Notes: a model not told the origin generated them from the letters alone. 64,000 nt of DNA from Steroidobacteraceae bacterium (GCA_040508085.1 JBEVNO010000064.1:14426-78425); one strand, 5' to 3'; shown: positions 20,015-30,040, counted from the stretch's first letter. Program-made: numbers and translations.

Positions 20015-21495
20015 GGCGCGAGCGTACCCGCCTTCTGCACCCGACCGCGCGACAGCAGCAGTTCATGTGAGGCATTGCGTGGCCACTCGGCGCGATAGTG
20101 AGTGGTCATCACCACCGCGACGCCTGCCTGCACCTGCTGTTCCAGCCAGCCCAGCAGCTCGGCGCGCAATGGCCCGTTCAGTCCAGTCAGCGCCTCATCC
20201 ATCAGCAACAGGCGCGGCCGCAGCACGAAGGCGCGGGCAAACAGGATGCGGCGCACCTGCCCGTACGACATCTCGGCCAGCGGCCGCTCGGCGAACGCCT
20301 GCATTCCCAGGGTGCGCAGCGCACTGCGGGCGCGCCTGGCTTCAGCCGCCGTCGCCGCGAAATTCAGTCCGATGCTGGAATGCAGGCCTGAAACCACGGT
20401 ATCCAGCACGGTGTAGTGGCGCGGGTATTCGGTCTGCAGGTGCGGAGCAACCAGCGCCGTGCGCGCGCGGAAGTCATCCAGTGGCACGCCCTGGTCAACA
20501 CCGGCGCGGCGGATATGGCCACCGCTGGCTACGCCGTGATCGCCGTATATCGTGCGCAGCAGCGTCGACTTGCCCGAGCCGTTCGCACCATGCAGCACCC
20601 AGCATTCGCCGCGCCGGATGGTGAGGTCGATGTCGTGCAGCACGCGCTTGCCATCGATGTACACGCAGGCGTGGTCGAGCGTCACCAGCGCCCGCCGCGT
20701 GCGCAGCGGCCGCCCGGACGGCGCGGTGCGCGCCTTGCCTGGCCGCCGTATGCGCGGCAACTCCATCTGCGCGGCGGCCAGCGCGGCGCGCAGCCGGCCG
20801 GGCTTCATGACGCCTGCATAGCGCGCCTGTCCGGCATCCAGCCACAGCAGGTGGGTCACGCCGGGCGGGATGTCTTCCTCGCGGTGGGCAGAACATACCC
20901 AGCTGGCGTCGCGCAGCGCACGGCCTTCGAGCAGCCGGTACAGCCTGGCGCGGTTGGTCACATCCAGGCCGGTGGCGACCTCATCCAGCAGCAGCAGTTG
21001 CGCCTGCCAGGCCAGCGTGCGTGCCAGCAGCACCAGCCGCCGCTCGCCATAGGACAGCGTCAGAAAAGGCCGGGCCGCGAGCCGTGCCATACCGGCTCGA
21101 CGCAACAATGCAACACAGGCGGCGCGCTGTCGTGGGGATAGTGCTCCCTGGGGTATGTCGCTGCGGGTGAGCCCGGTGCCGACGACGTCCAGCGCCGTGA
21201 AATTCCAGCCGTAGCGCTCGTAACGATCCTGGCGCTCCGGCCCCAGCCAGGCGATGGCATCGCGCACATCCGCCGGTTGCTGGTGCCATTCGCCTTCGAA
21301 GAAATAGCGTCTGGCGGCATGTGCAGTGGCATCCGGCCACACATCGCCGGCCACCACCTTCAGCAGCTGGGTCTTGCCGGCGCCGCTGGCGCCAACCACC
21401 AGCCAGCGCTCGCCCTCACCGATGTGCCAGGATAAATCCTGCAACACCGTTCGGCCGGCGCGGCTCAGCCGCAATCGATCAAGAGCAATATCCAA
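20011..21495 (-). CDS. modF: Double ATP-binding-cassette protein without membrane domain (ModF-like)
   Basis: Two ABC ATPase halves: Walker A GASGAGKTQLL and GANGSGKSTLL; signatures LSYGERRLVLLAR and MSYGQVRRILFAR; Walker B LLLLDE and LLLMDE. Confidence 0.75.
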   Translation of the reverse strand: MDIALDRLRLSRAGRTVLQDLSWHIGEGERWLVVGASGAGKTQLLKVVAGDVWPDATAHAARRYFFEGEWHQQPADVRDAIAWLGPERQDRYERYGWNFTALDVVGTGLTRSDIPQGALSPRQRAACVALLRRAGMARLAARPFLTLSYGERRLVLLARTLAWQAQLLLLDEVATGLDVTNRARLYRLLEGRALRDASWVCSAHREEDIPPGVTHLLWLDAGQARYAGVMKPGRLRAALAAAQMELPRIRRPGKARTAPSGRPLRTRRALVTLDHACVYIDGKRVLHDIDLTIRRGECWVLHGANGSGKSTLLRTIYGDHGVASGGHIRRAGVDQGVPLDDFRARTALVAPHLQTEYPRHYTVLDTVVSGLHSSIGLNFAATAAEARRARSALRTLGMQAFAERPLAEMSYGQVRRILFARAFVLRPRLLLMDEALTGLNGPLRAELLGWLEQQVQAGVAVVMTTHYRAEWPRNASHELLLSRGRVQKAGTLAP

Positions 21496-21533
21496 GCCGG
21501 TTCCGGGTCGATGTGGTCCACATGTCTCAAGGT

Positions 21534-21610
21534 TGGCGCGCCCGGAGGGATTCGAACCCCCGACCCTCAGGTTCGAAGCCTGATGCTCTATCCAGCTGAG
21601 CTACGGGCGC
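21534..21610 (-). tRNA. tRNA-Arg, anticodon read as UCG, CCA encoded
   Basis: The minus strand is GCGCCCG-UA-GCUC-AGCUGGAUA-GAGC-A-UCAGG-CUUCGAA-CCUGA-GGGUC-GGGGG-UUCGAAU-CCCUC-CGGGCGC-G-CCA. This is a perfect cloverleaf with the Arg-type D-loop. Confidence 0.9.
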
Positions 21611-21707
21611 CCGTTGCCGTCCAGGGCAGTAATGATGGCATGCTCCGGACGGACTGGTAGTATGACCGGCCACGGACCCGGGGCACCGGGCTGATGAGGG
21701 GCGAGTC

Positions 21708-22073
21708 ATGAAAAAAGCTGTTTTGCTGGTCCTGCTGGCGATGTCGCTGCCTGCCGCAGCCGCCGACTGCGTCTATCCGCGCGCACCGGGCCGCATGCCG
21801 GACGGCAACACTGCCTCGCGTGAAGAGATGGTGGCCGCGAAGAAGCAGGTGGATGAATACATCGTATCCATGAATACCTACCTCGACTGCATCAAGGCCG
21901 AACACGACACGGCCATGGCCGACACAGCAGCCCCGCTGACCGATGAGCAGAAGAAGCAGATCACCGTGCGCTTCGTGCAGAAGAACGATGCGGCGGTCGA
22001 CGAACAGCAGGATGTGGCCTCGCGCTTCAACGAGCAGCGGCACATCTTCCTGGACAAGACCAAGAAGAAATAG
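21708..22073 (+). CDS. Small secreted hypothetical protein
   Basis: Signal peptide MKKAVLLVLLAMSLPAAAA-D, two Cys, and a Lys-rich C-terminus. Balanced composition. No family recognised. Confidence 0.6.
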   Translation: MKKAVLLVLLAMSLPAAAADCVYPRAPGRMPDGNTASREEMVAAKKQVDEYIVSMNTYLDCIKAEHDTAMADTAAPLTDEQKKQITVRFVQKNDAAVDEQQDVASRFNEQRHIFLDKTKKK

Positions 22074-22112
22074 GCCTGCCGGGCGCGCCAAGGCGGCCCG
22101 CCCGCGATCGCC

Positions 22113-23312
22113 ATGCTCACTCCCGCTGAAGCTGAAGAGCAGATCGTGCAGCACCTGCCGTGCCTGCCGATTGAATCCCTGCCCATCGGCCAATGCGCCG
22201 GCGCGGTGCTGCGCGAGCCGGTGTATGCCGAACGGGATCATCCGCCCTTCGATCGGGTGATGATGGATGGCATTGCGATCCAGTGCAGTGCGGCCGCCAC
22301 CCGTCGCACCTTCCTGATCCAGGGCACGCAGGCCGCGGGAGATCCGCCCATGCGGCTCGCCTCGCCCGCGCACTGCATCGAGATCATGACCGGGGCGATG
22401 CTGCCGGCCGGTTGCGATGCCGTGGTGCCCGTCGAGAAACTGCATGTGGCGGATGGCAGCGCCGTGCTCGAAGCCGCGCTGCTGGTGAAGCACGGCCAGA
22501 ACGTCCACTCACGCGGCAGCGACTGCATCCAGGGCGCCTCGCTGCTGCAGGCGGGCACGCGCCTGGAAGCCCCTGATGTAGCTACCGCGGCTGGCGCCGG
22601 CATGGCACGCCTGCGCGTCAGCCAGCAGCCCGCATTCATCGTGATTTCCACCGGCAACGAGCTGGTCGAACCCGGCGACCCGATCGAGACCTGGCAGATC
22701 CGCCGCTCCAATGCCTATGGCGTGGTCGCCGCGCTGCGGCGCCGCGGCTTCCACCGGGTCACCGACGACCACCTGCCCGACGAGGCCACTGCGCTGGCGG
22801 AGCGGTTGAAGGAACATCTGCAGAACTACGAGGTGCTGATCCTCTCTGGCGGCGTTTCCATGGGCAAATTCGACCTGGTGCCGGCGGCGCTGGCGGCCTG
22901 CGGTGTGAAGCAGGTGTTCCACAAGGTGGCGCAACGGCCGGGCAAACCGTTCTGGTTCGGCGTCGGGCCGCGCGGCAACGCCGTGTTCGCCCTGCCCGGC
23001 AATCCGGTATCCACGCTGGTGTGCCTGGCGCGTTATGTCATGCCGGCCATCGACCGCACGATGGGGGTCCGCGATGCGCAAGGCGGCGAGAGGATTGCGC
23101 TGGGCGCCGCAGTCACCCTGGAGGCGCCGCTGACCGGCTTCCTGCCGGTGGCCACGGAAACCGATGAATGGGGCCGCCGCTGGGCCAACGTGGCCAGCCA
23201 CAACGGCTCCGGGGATTTCGCGGCACTGGCCGGCACCCAGGGGTTTGTAGAATTGCCGCCTGGCCCCAATATCTACCCGAAGGGCTTCATCACCCGCCTT
23301 TACCGCTGGTAA
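22113..23312 (+). CDS. moeA: Molybdopterin molybdotransferase
   Basis: Contains PPFDRVMMDGIAI, GAMLPAGCDAVV, ISTGNELVEPG, LILSGGVSMGKFD, KPGKPFWFG and LPGNPVS. Confidence 0.9.
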   Translation: MLTPAEAEEQIVQHLPCLPIESLPIGQCAGAVLREPVYAERDHPPFDRVMMDGIAIQCSAAATRRTFLIQGTQAAGDPPMRLASPAHCIEIMTGAMLPAGCDAVVPVEKLHVADGSAVLEAALLVKHGQNVHSRGSDCIQGASLLQAGTRLEAPDVATAAGAGMARLRVSQQPAFIVISTGNELVEPGDPIETWQIRRSNAYGVVAALRRRGFHRVTDDHLPDEATALAERLKEHLQNYEVLILSGGVSMGKFDLVPAALAACGVKQVFHKVAQRPGKPFWFGVGPRGNAVFALPGNPVSTLVCLARYVMPAIDRTMGVRDAQGGERIALGAAVTLEAPLTGFLPVATETDEWGRRWANVASHNGSGDFAALAGTQGFVELPPGPNIYPKGFITRLYRW

Positions 23313-23320
23313 TCCGCCTC

Positions 23321-24361
23321 GTGAACAACATCATCCCCCTCGAACGCAGCCCGCAGGACCGCCTCGGCCGTCCGTTGCGCGACCTGCGCATCTCGGTGAT
23401 GGACCGCTGCAATTTCCGCTGCCCGTACTGCATGCCGCGGGAACGCTTCCACGAGCACTACCAGTTCCTGAAGACCACGGAGCGGCTGTCGTTCGAGGAG
23501 ATCCTGCGCCTGACGCGGCTGTTCGTGCCGCTGGGCGTGCGCAAGCTGCGCATCACCGGCGGCGAGCCGCTGCTGCGCGTGAACCTGCCCGATCTAATCG
23601 CCGACCTCAATGCCATCGATGGCGTCGAGGACATCGCCATCACCACCAATGGCGTGCTGCTGGGCAAGCATGCATCGGAACTGAAGGCTGCCGGCCTGTC
23701 ACGGGTCACGGTGAGCCTCGACAGCCTCGACCAGGACATCTTCGCGCGCATGAACGGCGGCTTCGGCCGCGTCAGCGAAGTGCTGGATGGCATCGACCAT
23801 GCCCAGGCCGCAGGGCTCGGGCCGATCAAGGTCAACGCGGTGATCCAGCGCGGCGTCAACGAAGGCAGCGTGTTGCCGCTGGTGGAGCACTTCCGCGGCA
23901 CCGGCGTCACCGTGCGCTTCATCGAATACATGGATGTCGGCAACCGCAACGACTGGCGCGAACAGCTGGTGGTGCCCTCGCGCGACCTGCAGGCATTGAT
24001 CCATGCCCGCTGGCCGGTACGTGGGGTCAAGGCCGATTACACCGGCGAGGTGGCGCGCCGCTATGCCTTCGAAGACGGCCAGGGTGAAGTCGGTTTCATC
24101 TCCTCGGTCACCCAGCCTTTCTGCGGTGGCTGCTCACGCGCGCGGCTGTCTTCCGACGGCAGCCTGTATACCTGCCTGTTCGCGCAGCACGGCACCGATC
24201 TGCGCGGCCCGCTGCGCGCCGGCGCCGACGACGTCGAACTGGGCGACATCATCCGCAACATCTGGCTCAAGCGTGAAGATCGTTACAGCGAGCAGCGGGT
24301 GCTGCTGCGGCAGCGGGCGGGCGGCGATCCGAAGATCGAGATGAACTACATCGGCGGGTGA
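23321..24361 (+). CDS. moaA: GTP 3',8-cyclase (radical SAM)
   Basis: GTG 23321 lies 9 nt after the moeA stop. Contains LRISVMDRCNFRCPYCMP (CxxxCxxC), ITGGEPLLR, a C-terminal FCGGCSRARLSSDG cluster and terminal ...IGG. Confidence 0.9.
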   Translation: MNNIIPLERSPQDRLGRPLRDLRISVMDRCNFRCPYCMPRERFHEHYQFLKTTERLSFEEILRLTRLFVPLGVRKLRITGGEPLLRVNLPDLIADLNAIDGVEDIAITTNGVLLGKHASELKAAGLSRVTVSLDSLDQDIFARMNGGFGRVSEVLDGIDHAQAAGLGPIKVNAVIQRGVNEGSVLPLVEHFRGTGVTVRFIEYMDVGNRNDWREQLVVPSRDLQALIHARWPVRGVKADYTGEVARRYAFEDGQGEVGFISSVTQPFCGGCSRARLSSDGSLYTCLFAQHGTDLRGPLRAGADDVELGDIIRNIWLKREDRYSEQRVLLRQRAGGDPKIEMNYIGG

Positions 24362-24365
24362 AGCG

Positions 24366-24863
24366 ATGGCCGCTAAGCAGACATCGCGCCTCACGCATCT
24401 GGATGCGGACAACCGGCCGGCCATGGTGGATGTTGGCGGCAAGGCCGTGACCGCGCGCGAGGCCAGCGCCGAAGCGCGGCTCACGCTGCCCCCCACGGTG
24501 GCGCGCGAGCTGAAGCGCAGTGGCCATCGCACGAAGAAAGGCCCGGTATTCGATACCGCCATCATTGCCGGCGTGCTTGCCGCCAAGCGTACGCACGAGC
24601 TCATCCCCTTCTGCCATCCATTGCCGCTGTCAGGCGTCAAGATCGAAGTCACTGCTGTCCGCGGCGGCCTGCAGGTGATCTGCACGGTGTCGGTCATCCA
24701 TCGCACCGGCGTCGAGATGGAGGCGCTCACCGGCGCCGCGGTGGCCGCGCTCACCATCTACGACATGTGCAAGGCGCTGTCGCACGATATCCAGATCGGC
24801 CCGGTGCGGCTGCTTTCCAAGAGCGGTGGGCGGCGCGACTTCCGCCGCAAGGCCAGGGCATGA
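24366..24863 (+). CDS. moaC: Cyclic pyranopterin monophosphate synthase
   Basis: Contains LTHLDADNRPAMVDVGGK, LIPFCHPLPL, TGVEMEALT..AL(T)IYDMCKA. Confidence 0.9.
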   Translation: MAAKQTSRLTHLDADNRPAMVDVGGKAVTAREASAEARLTLPPTVARELKRSGHRTKKGPVFDTAIIAGVLAAKRTHELIPFCHPLPLSGVKIEVTAVRGGLQVICTVSVIHRTGVEMEALTGAAVAALTIYDMCKALSHDIQIGPVRLLSKSGGRRDFRRKARA

Positions 24864-25702
24864 ACGCACCACTGTATGGACTGGTGCTGGCCGGTGGCCG
24901 CAGCACCCGCATGGGTCGCGACAAGGCCGCCATCGAGTTCGGCGGGCGCACGCAGCTGGAACGCGCCTACGGATTGCTGGAGCATCTCACTGCCCGCAGC
25001 TTCGTCTCGGTGCGGCCGGACCAGGCCACCGATCCGTTGCGCAAGCGCTTTGCGCAGATCATCGACCTGCCAGGCGTGGAAGGTCCGGCCGCTGGCATCC
25101 GCGCCGCGCAGCTGGAGCATCCCGAAGCCGCCTGGTTGATCGTGGCCTGCGACCTGCCTTTGCTGGATGCGGCAACGCTGCAGCATCTGATCGCCAGACG
25201 CGATCCATCGCGCGTCGCCACCGCATATCGCAGCAGCCACGATGGCCTGCCTGAGCCGCTGTGCGCCATCTACGAGCCCGCCGCCGCGCAGCTGCTGGCC
25301 GCTTTTCTCGCCAACGGCCGCAACTGCCCGCGCAAGTTCCTGATCGAATCCGATACCCAATTGCTCGACCAGCCCGCAACGCGGGCACTGGACAATGTGA
25401 ACACCCCCACCGAACTGGCGGCCGCATCGGCCGCTGTCCCCAGCGCCGGCATCCCCGCCCCGCGCGAGCTGCGCGTGCAGTATTTCGCCCTGCTGCGCGA
25501 GCAGGCCGGGCGCCGCGATGAAGCGGTCACCAGCAGCGCCGCGACGCCGCGCGAGCTGTTTGCCGAACTGTCGGCGCGGCATGGCTTCACGCTGGGCACC
25601 GAACACCTGAAGGTCGCGGTGAACACCGAGTTCTGCGACTGGTCGCGGCCGCTGGTCGCGGGCGACACCGTGGTATTCATCCCGCCGGTCGCAGGCGGAT
25701 GA
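24860..25702 (+). CDS. moaD: MobA/MocA-like nucleotidyltransferase fused to molybdopterin-synthase sulfur carrier MoaD
   Basis: ATGA overlaps with moaC (24860-24863) and moaE (25699-25702). The N-terminal part has LVLAGGRSTRMGRDKAAIEF ... IVACDLPLL. The C-terminal ~80 aa (LRVQYFALLREQAG ... VAVNTEF ... GDTVVFIPPVAGG) are MoaD with the terminal Gly-Gly. Confidence 0.75.
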   Translation: MNAPLYGLVLAGGRSTRMGRDKAAIEFGGRTQLERAYGLLEHLTARSFVSVRPDQATDPLRKRFAQIIDLPGVEGPAAGIRAAQLEHPEAAWLIVACDLPLLDAATLQHLIARRDPSRVATAYRSSHDGLPEPLCAIYEPAAAQLLAAFLANGRNCPRKFLIESDTQLLDQPATRALDNVNTPTELAAASAAVPSAGIPAPRELRVQYFALLREQAGRRDEAVTSSAATPRELFAELSARHGFTLGTEHLKVAVNTEFCDWSRPLVAGDTVVFIPPVAGG

Positions 25703-26172
25703 GCGCTTTCCGCTTCTCGCACACGCCGATCGATGCAGTGGCGTTGCGCGCCGAACTGCTCGACACCCATTGCGGTGGCTTCGTCAGCTTCGAAGGCTGG
25801 GTGCGCGACCACAACGAGGGCCAGCCGGTGCTGCACCTGGAATACGAGGCTTTCGAGGCGCTGGGCGTGCGCGAAGGTGAGCGCATCGTTGCGGAGGCCT
25901 GCGAGCGCTTCGGCGTGACGCAGGCATTGTGCGTGCACCGCCTTGGCGACCTTGCCCTAACGGAAATCGCGGTATGGGTGGGCGTGGCGGCCGCACATCG
26001 CGACGAGGCCTTCAAGGCCTGCCGCTACATCATCGACGAAGTGAAGCACCGCGTGCCGATCTGGAAGAAGGAACACTACGTCGCTGGCAGTTCCGGCTGG
26101 GTCAACTGCGAGCGCTGCGCGACGCACGCGCATGATCACGCAGGCGATCACGCAGGCCACGATCACCCGTAG
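25699..26172 (+). CDS. moaE: Molybdopterin synthase catalytic subunit with Cys/His-rich C-terminal tail
   Basis: Contains GGFVSFEGWVRDHNEG, LEYEAF, VWVGVAAAHRDEAF..CRYIIDEVKHRVPIWKKEHY. The extra tail is NCERCATHAHDHAGDHAGHDHP. Confidence 0.9.
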   Translation: MSAFRFSHTPIDAVALRAELLDTHCGGFVSFEGWVRDHNEGQPVLHLEYEAFEALGVREGERIVAEACERFGVTQALCVHRLGDLALTEIAVWVGVAAAHRDEAFKACRYIIDEVKHRVPIWKKEHYVAGSSGWVNCERCATHAHDHAGDHAGHDHP

Positions 26173-26182
26173 CCAGGAGGGG

Positions 26183-27478
26183 TCAGCCCGGGCGGATCGT
26201 GCCGTTGCCGCGCACCACGTACTTGTAGCTGGTGAGCTGCTCCACGCCCACCGGCCCGCGGGCATGGAAGCGGTCGGTGGAGATGCCGATCTCCGCGCCC
26301 ATGCCGAATTCACCGCCGTCGGCGAACTGGGTGGATGCGTTGTGCAGCACTATGGCGCTGTCCACTTCGCGCAGGAACTTCTCGGCCGTGGCACTGTTGG
26401 CCGTGATGATGGACTCGGTATGAGCCGAACCGTAGGTGGCGATGTGCCCGATGGCCTCTTCGACGCCATCCACCACGCGGACGGAGATGATCGCGTCCAG
26501 GTATTCGGTGCGCCAGTCAAGCTCAGTGGCCGGTTTCACGCGCGCATCGGCGGCCTGTGCAGCGGCGTCGCCGCGCAGCTCGCAGCCACCTTCGGCCAGC
26601 GCGGCCAGCAGCGCCGGCAGCATCTCCGGGGCGGCAGCGCGGTCCACCAGCAACGTTTCGGCCGAGCCGCAGATGCCAGTGCGGCGCAGTTTGGCGTTCA
26701 CCACCACGCTGCGCGCCATGTCCAGATCCGCATCGCGATCGACATACACATGGCACAGGCCTTCCAGATGCCCGATCACCGGCACGCGCGCCTCTTTCTG
26801 CACGCGCTCCACCAGGCTGCGGCCGCCGCGCGGCACGATCACGTTGATGTGCTGGTCCAGGCCCGCCAGCATCATGCCCACCGCGGCGCGATCGGTGGTG
26901 GGCACCAGCTGGATGGCAGCGTCGGGCAGGCCGGCGGCGCGCAGCCCTTCCAGCAGGCAGGCATGGATCGCCGCGCTCGACAGCCGGCTCTCCGAGCCGC
27001 CGCGCAGGATCACCGGATTGGCCGATTTAAGGCACAGCGCGCCGGCATCGGCAGTGACGTTGGGGCGGCTCTCGTAGATGATGCCGATCACGCCCAGCGG
27101 CACGCGCACCCGCTGGATCTGGAGCCCGTTGGGCCGGGTCCACTGCGCGGCGATGCCGCCGATGGGATCCTCCAGCTGCGCAATCTGTTCGATGCCGGCA
27201 GCCATGGATTCAACGCGTTTTTCATTGAGCAGCAGGCGGTCCAGCAGCGAGGCAGTCAGGCCGCGCGCACGCGCCGCGTCCATGTCCTTCGCATTGGCAG
27301 CCAGGATCGCTGCGGACTGCGCGCGGATCGCCCGCGCCGCTGCCAGCAACGCCGCATTGCGCTGCGTGCCGCTGGACAGCGCCAGGGCCGCGCGGCTGGC
27401 CGCCGCTGCACGGCCGAGGCCCGCCATCACAAGGCCCAGGTCGTCACCATGGATTTCCAATGCCTGCACGCTGCTCAT
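26183..27478 (-). CDS. proA: Gamma-glutamyl phosphate reductase
   Basis: Contains [40 protein letters not shown] overlap with the proB stop. Confidence 0.95.
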   Translation of the reverse strand: MSSVQALEIHGDDLGLVMAGLGRAAAASRAALALSSGTQRNAALLAAARAIRAQSAAILAANAKDMDAARARGLTASLLDRLLLNEKRVESMAAGIEQIAQLEDPIGGIAAQWTRPNGLQIQRVRVPLGVIGIIYESRPNVTADAGALCLKSANPVILRGGSESRLSSAAIHACLLEGLRAAGLPDAAIQLVPTTDRAAVGMMLAGLDQHINVIVPRGGRSLVERVQKEARVPVIGHLEGLCHVYVDRDADLDMARSVVVNAKLRRTGICGSAETLLVDRAAAPEMLPALLAALAEGGCELRGDAAAQAADARVKPATELDWRTEYLDAIISVRVVDGVEEAIGHIATYGSAHTESIITANSATAEKFLREVDSAIVLHNASTQFADGGEFGMGAEIGISTDRFHARGPVGVEQLTSYKYVVRGNGTIRPG

Positions 27479-28653
27479 GTACTCGCCGCTCCTGCCTCTT
27501 GCGTCCCGGTGCGCAGCACCAGGTCGTCCCGGTGCACTACCTCATCCCGTCCGCGAAACCCTACCAGCTGTTCGATATCGCCGCTGCGCCGGCCCATGAT
27601 GCGCTGGACGTCGCCGCTGGAGTAGGCGGACAAGCCGCGCGCGATCACCTGTCCCTGGGCATCCGCCACATCCACGGCATCGCCGCGCTCAAAGCTGCCG
27701 AGCACCGCCGTGACGCCTGCCGGAAGCAGGCTTCTGCCACGCCGCAGGGCGCCGGCCGCGCCGGCATCGATGTGCAGCACCCCGGCAGGCTTCAGACTGC
27801 CGCCGATCCACTGCTTGCGCGCCGCCACCGGCGTCGCCGCCGGAATGAACCAGGTGCACCGCGCGCCGCCCTCCACTTTTTTGAGCGGGTTCAGCGGGTG
27901 CCCCGAGGCGATGCACATGTGGCAGCCGGCATCCAGCGCGATCCGGGCCGCCGCGATCTTGGTCGCCATGCCGCCGGAACCCACGTCAGAGGCCGAGCCG
28001 CCCGCCATCGCCTCGATGCGGGGGGTGATGCCCCGCACCTCGGGGAAGAATTCCGCCGCCGGATCCAGGTTCGGGTCGGCCGAATACAGCCCGTCCACAT
28101 CCGACAGCAGCACCAGGCAATCCGCGCTGGCCATCTGTGCCACGCGCGCGGCCAGCCGGTCATTGTCGCCGTAACGGATCTCGGCAGTGGCCACGGTGTC
28201 GTTTTCGTTGATCACCGGGATCGCGCCCAGCGCCAGCAACGCATTCAGCGTGGCGCGCGCGTTCAGGTAGCGGCGACGCTGCTCGCTGTCCTGCAGCGTG
28301 AGCAGCACCTGCGCGACCTGCGTACCCTCTTCTTCCAGCAGCTCCTTGTAGGCATGCGCGAGGCGGATCTGCCCCACCGCAGCGGCGGCCTGCTTCTGTT
28401 CCAGCGGCAGCGCCCCCTTGGGTAGCCCGAGCGCACGGCGGCCCAGCGCGATGGCGCCTGACGACACCAGGATGACCTGCTGGCCACGGCGCCGCATGCG
28501 ACGCAGATCCTGTGCCAGCGCCTCGAGCCAGGCCCGGTTGAGGCGGCCGCTGCCCTGGTCAACAAGCAGCGCCGAGCCTACCTTCACGACAACGCGACGC
28601 GCCTCGACGAGCAGCGATGGACCGGCGGCGCGGGTGCGGGAACGTCCTTGCAT
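27475..28653 (-). CDS. proB: Glutamate 5-kinase (with PUA domain)
   Basis: Contains [54 protein letters not shown] (here [11 protein letters not shown]). C-terminal PUA-like FERGDAV. Confidence 0.95.
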   Translation of the reverse strand: MQGRSRTRAAGPSLLVEARRVVVKVGSALLVDQGSGRLNRAWLEALAQDLRRMRRRGQQVILVSSGAIALGRRALGLPKGALPLEQKQAAAAVGQIRLAHAYKELLEEEGTQVAQVLLTLQDSEQRRRYLNARATLNALLALGAIPVINENDTVATAEIRYGDNDRLAARVAQMASADCLVLLSDVDGLYSADPNLDPAAEFFPEVRGITPRIEAMAGGSASDVGSGGMATKIAAARIALDAGCHMCIASGHPLNPLKKVEGGARCTWFIPAATPVAARKQWIGGSLKPAGVLHIDAGAAGALRRGRSLLPAGVTAVLGSFERGDAVDVADAQGQVIARGLSAYSSGDVQRIMGRRSGDIEQLVGFRGRDEVVHRDDLVLRTGTQEAGAAST

Positions 28654-28748
28654 GGGTTGCGGACTATAGCAGCGGACCGGCGTTGCCCGCCGTCGTGGCT
28701 CGACCTAATATCCCGTGCGGCATATGGATTTATGGATCAGGAGCGGAT

Positions 28749-29078
28749 GTGGCTAGAGATCACGAACCAGTAAAGGGCCAGTGGTACGAGAACGCTGAGG
28801 AGGAGGAAACCTTCCGCGTTCTGTCCGTGGACGAAGACGGCGAACTGGTAGAAATCGAGTACCTCGACGGCGACATCGAGGAGCTGGACCTGGACACCTG
28901 GCATGAGCTGGACCTCGAGCGGATCGAGGAGCCGGAAGGCTGGGCGGCGAGCGAAGGCGCCGAAGAAGAGGAAGAGGACGAAGACGAGGACGACGAGGAC
29001 GAGGACGACGACTGGGACGATGACGAGGACGACGAGGACTGGGACGAGGACGAGGAAAAGGACAGCAGCCAGTACTGA
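28749..29078 (+). CDS. Small highly acidic protein with D/E/W tail
   Basis: AGGAG at 28739-28743 lies 5 nt before GTG 28749. The N-terminal 60 aa are ordinary ([31 protein letters not shown]). The C-terminal half is [33 protein letters not shown]. The upstream part of the track ORF overlaps proB. Confidence 0.55.
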   Translation: MARDHEPVKGQWYENAEEEETFRVLSVDEDGELVEIEYLDGDIEELDLDTWHELDLERIEEPEGWAASEGAEEEEEDEDEDDEDEDDDWDDDEDDEDWDEDEEKDSSQY

Positions 29079-29152
29079 GCTGGTTGAACTTGCGCCTTCC
29101 GCCCCCATCCAACGGGGGTGAAGGTCTATTCCTGGATGGAGTCAATCCGACG

Positions 29153-30025
29153 ATGAAACGCATTTTCCTGCTGGTAGCCACCAACATTGCCGTGATGCTG
29201 GTGCTGTCCGTGGTGGTCAGCCTGCTGGGCCTCGACCGCTACCTGGCCGCCCGCGGGCAGGATTGGGGTGGCCTGCTGATGGTCGCTGCGGTGTTCGGTT
29301 TCGGCGGCGCATTCATCTCGCTGGCCATCTCCAAATGGATGGCCAAGCGCTCGATGGGCGTGCGGGTCATCACCCAGCCGGCCAATGCCACCGAGCAGTG
29401 GCTGGTCAACACCGTGCGCGCCCAGGCGCAGCAGGTGGGCATCGGCATGCCGGAAGTCGGCATCTTCGATTCGCCACAGCCCAACGCCTTCGCAACCGGA
29501 GCGCGGCGCGACGCGGCGCTGGTGGCGGTTTCCACTGGGCTGCTCAACAACATGAAGCAGAACGAGGTCGAGGCTGTGCTCGGCCACGAGATGGCGCATG
29601 TGGCCAATGGCGACATGGTCACCCTCACGCTGATCCAGGGCGTGGTGAACACCTTCGTGTTCTTCCTGGCCCGAGTGATCGGCAGTCTGGTCGATGGCCG
29701 CGGCGGCAACCAGAGCCGCGGTGGCATGGGCTACTTCCTCACCGTGATGGTGGCGCAGGTGGTGCTCGGCATTCTCGCCAACATGATCGTGATGTGGTTT
29801 TCGCGGCATCGCGAATTCCGCGCTGACCAGGGCGGCGCGCGCGTCGCCGGCACCAGCAACATGGTCGCGGCCCTGCAGCGCCTGAAAGGCGCTTCCAACG
29901 AACCTTTGCCGACGCAGCTGGCGGCGTTCGGCATCCAGGGCGGCGCGGGCATGGGCTTCAAGCGGCTGTTCCTCAGCCACCCGCCGCTGGAAGAACGGAT
30001 CGCCGCGCTGGAAAAGCAGCGCTAA
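29153..30025 (+). CDS. htpX: Membrane zinc metalloprotease HtpX
   Basis: ATG 29153 ([15 protein letters not shown]...). Contains [20 protein letters not shown] (HEXXH) and [10 protein letters not shown]. Confidence 0.9.
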   Translation: MKRIFLLVATNIAVMLVLSVVVSLLGLDRYLAARGQDWGGLLMVAAVFGFGGAFISLAISKWMAKRSMGVRVITQPANATEQWLVNTVRAQAQQVGIGMPEVGIFDSPQPNAFATGARRDAALVAVSTGLLNNMKQNEVEAVLGHEMAHVANGDMVTLTLIQGVVNTFVFFLARVIGSLVDGRGGNQSRGGMGYFLTVMVAQVVLGILANMIVMWFSRHREFRADQGGARVAGTSNMVAALQRLKGASNEPLPTQLAAFGIQGGAGMGFKRLFLSHPPLEERIAALEKQR

Positions 30026-30040
30026 CGCGATTCCCTTCCA

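Noticed and set aside
20011-22073. tRNA-Arg as a possible genomic-island integration site
   Set aside because: No integrase, no direct repeat of the tRNA 3' end seen nearby, and flanking genes (modF-like, moeA operon) are housekeeping with the same GC-rich composition.
28930-29060. GAC/GAG-rich repetitive DNA that could be mistaken for a repeat array
   Set aside because: It is in frame inside an ORF and encodes the poly-Asp/Glu tail. There is no repeat-spacer periodicity and no cas genes anywhere in the window, so it is not a CRISPR.
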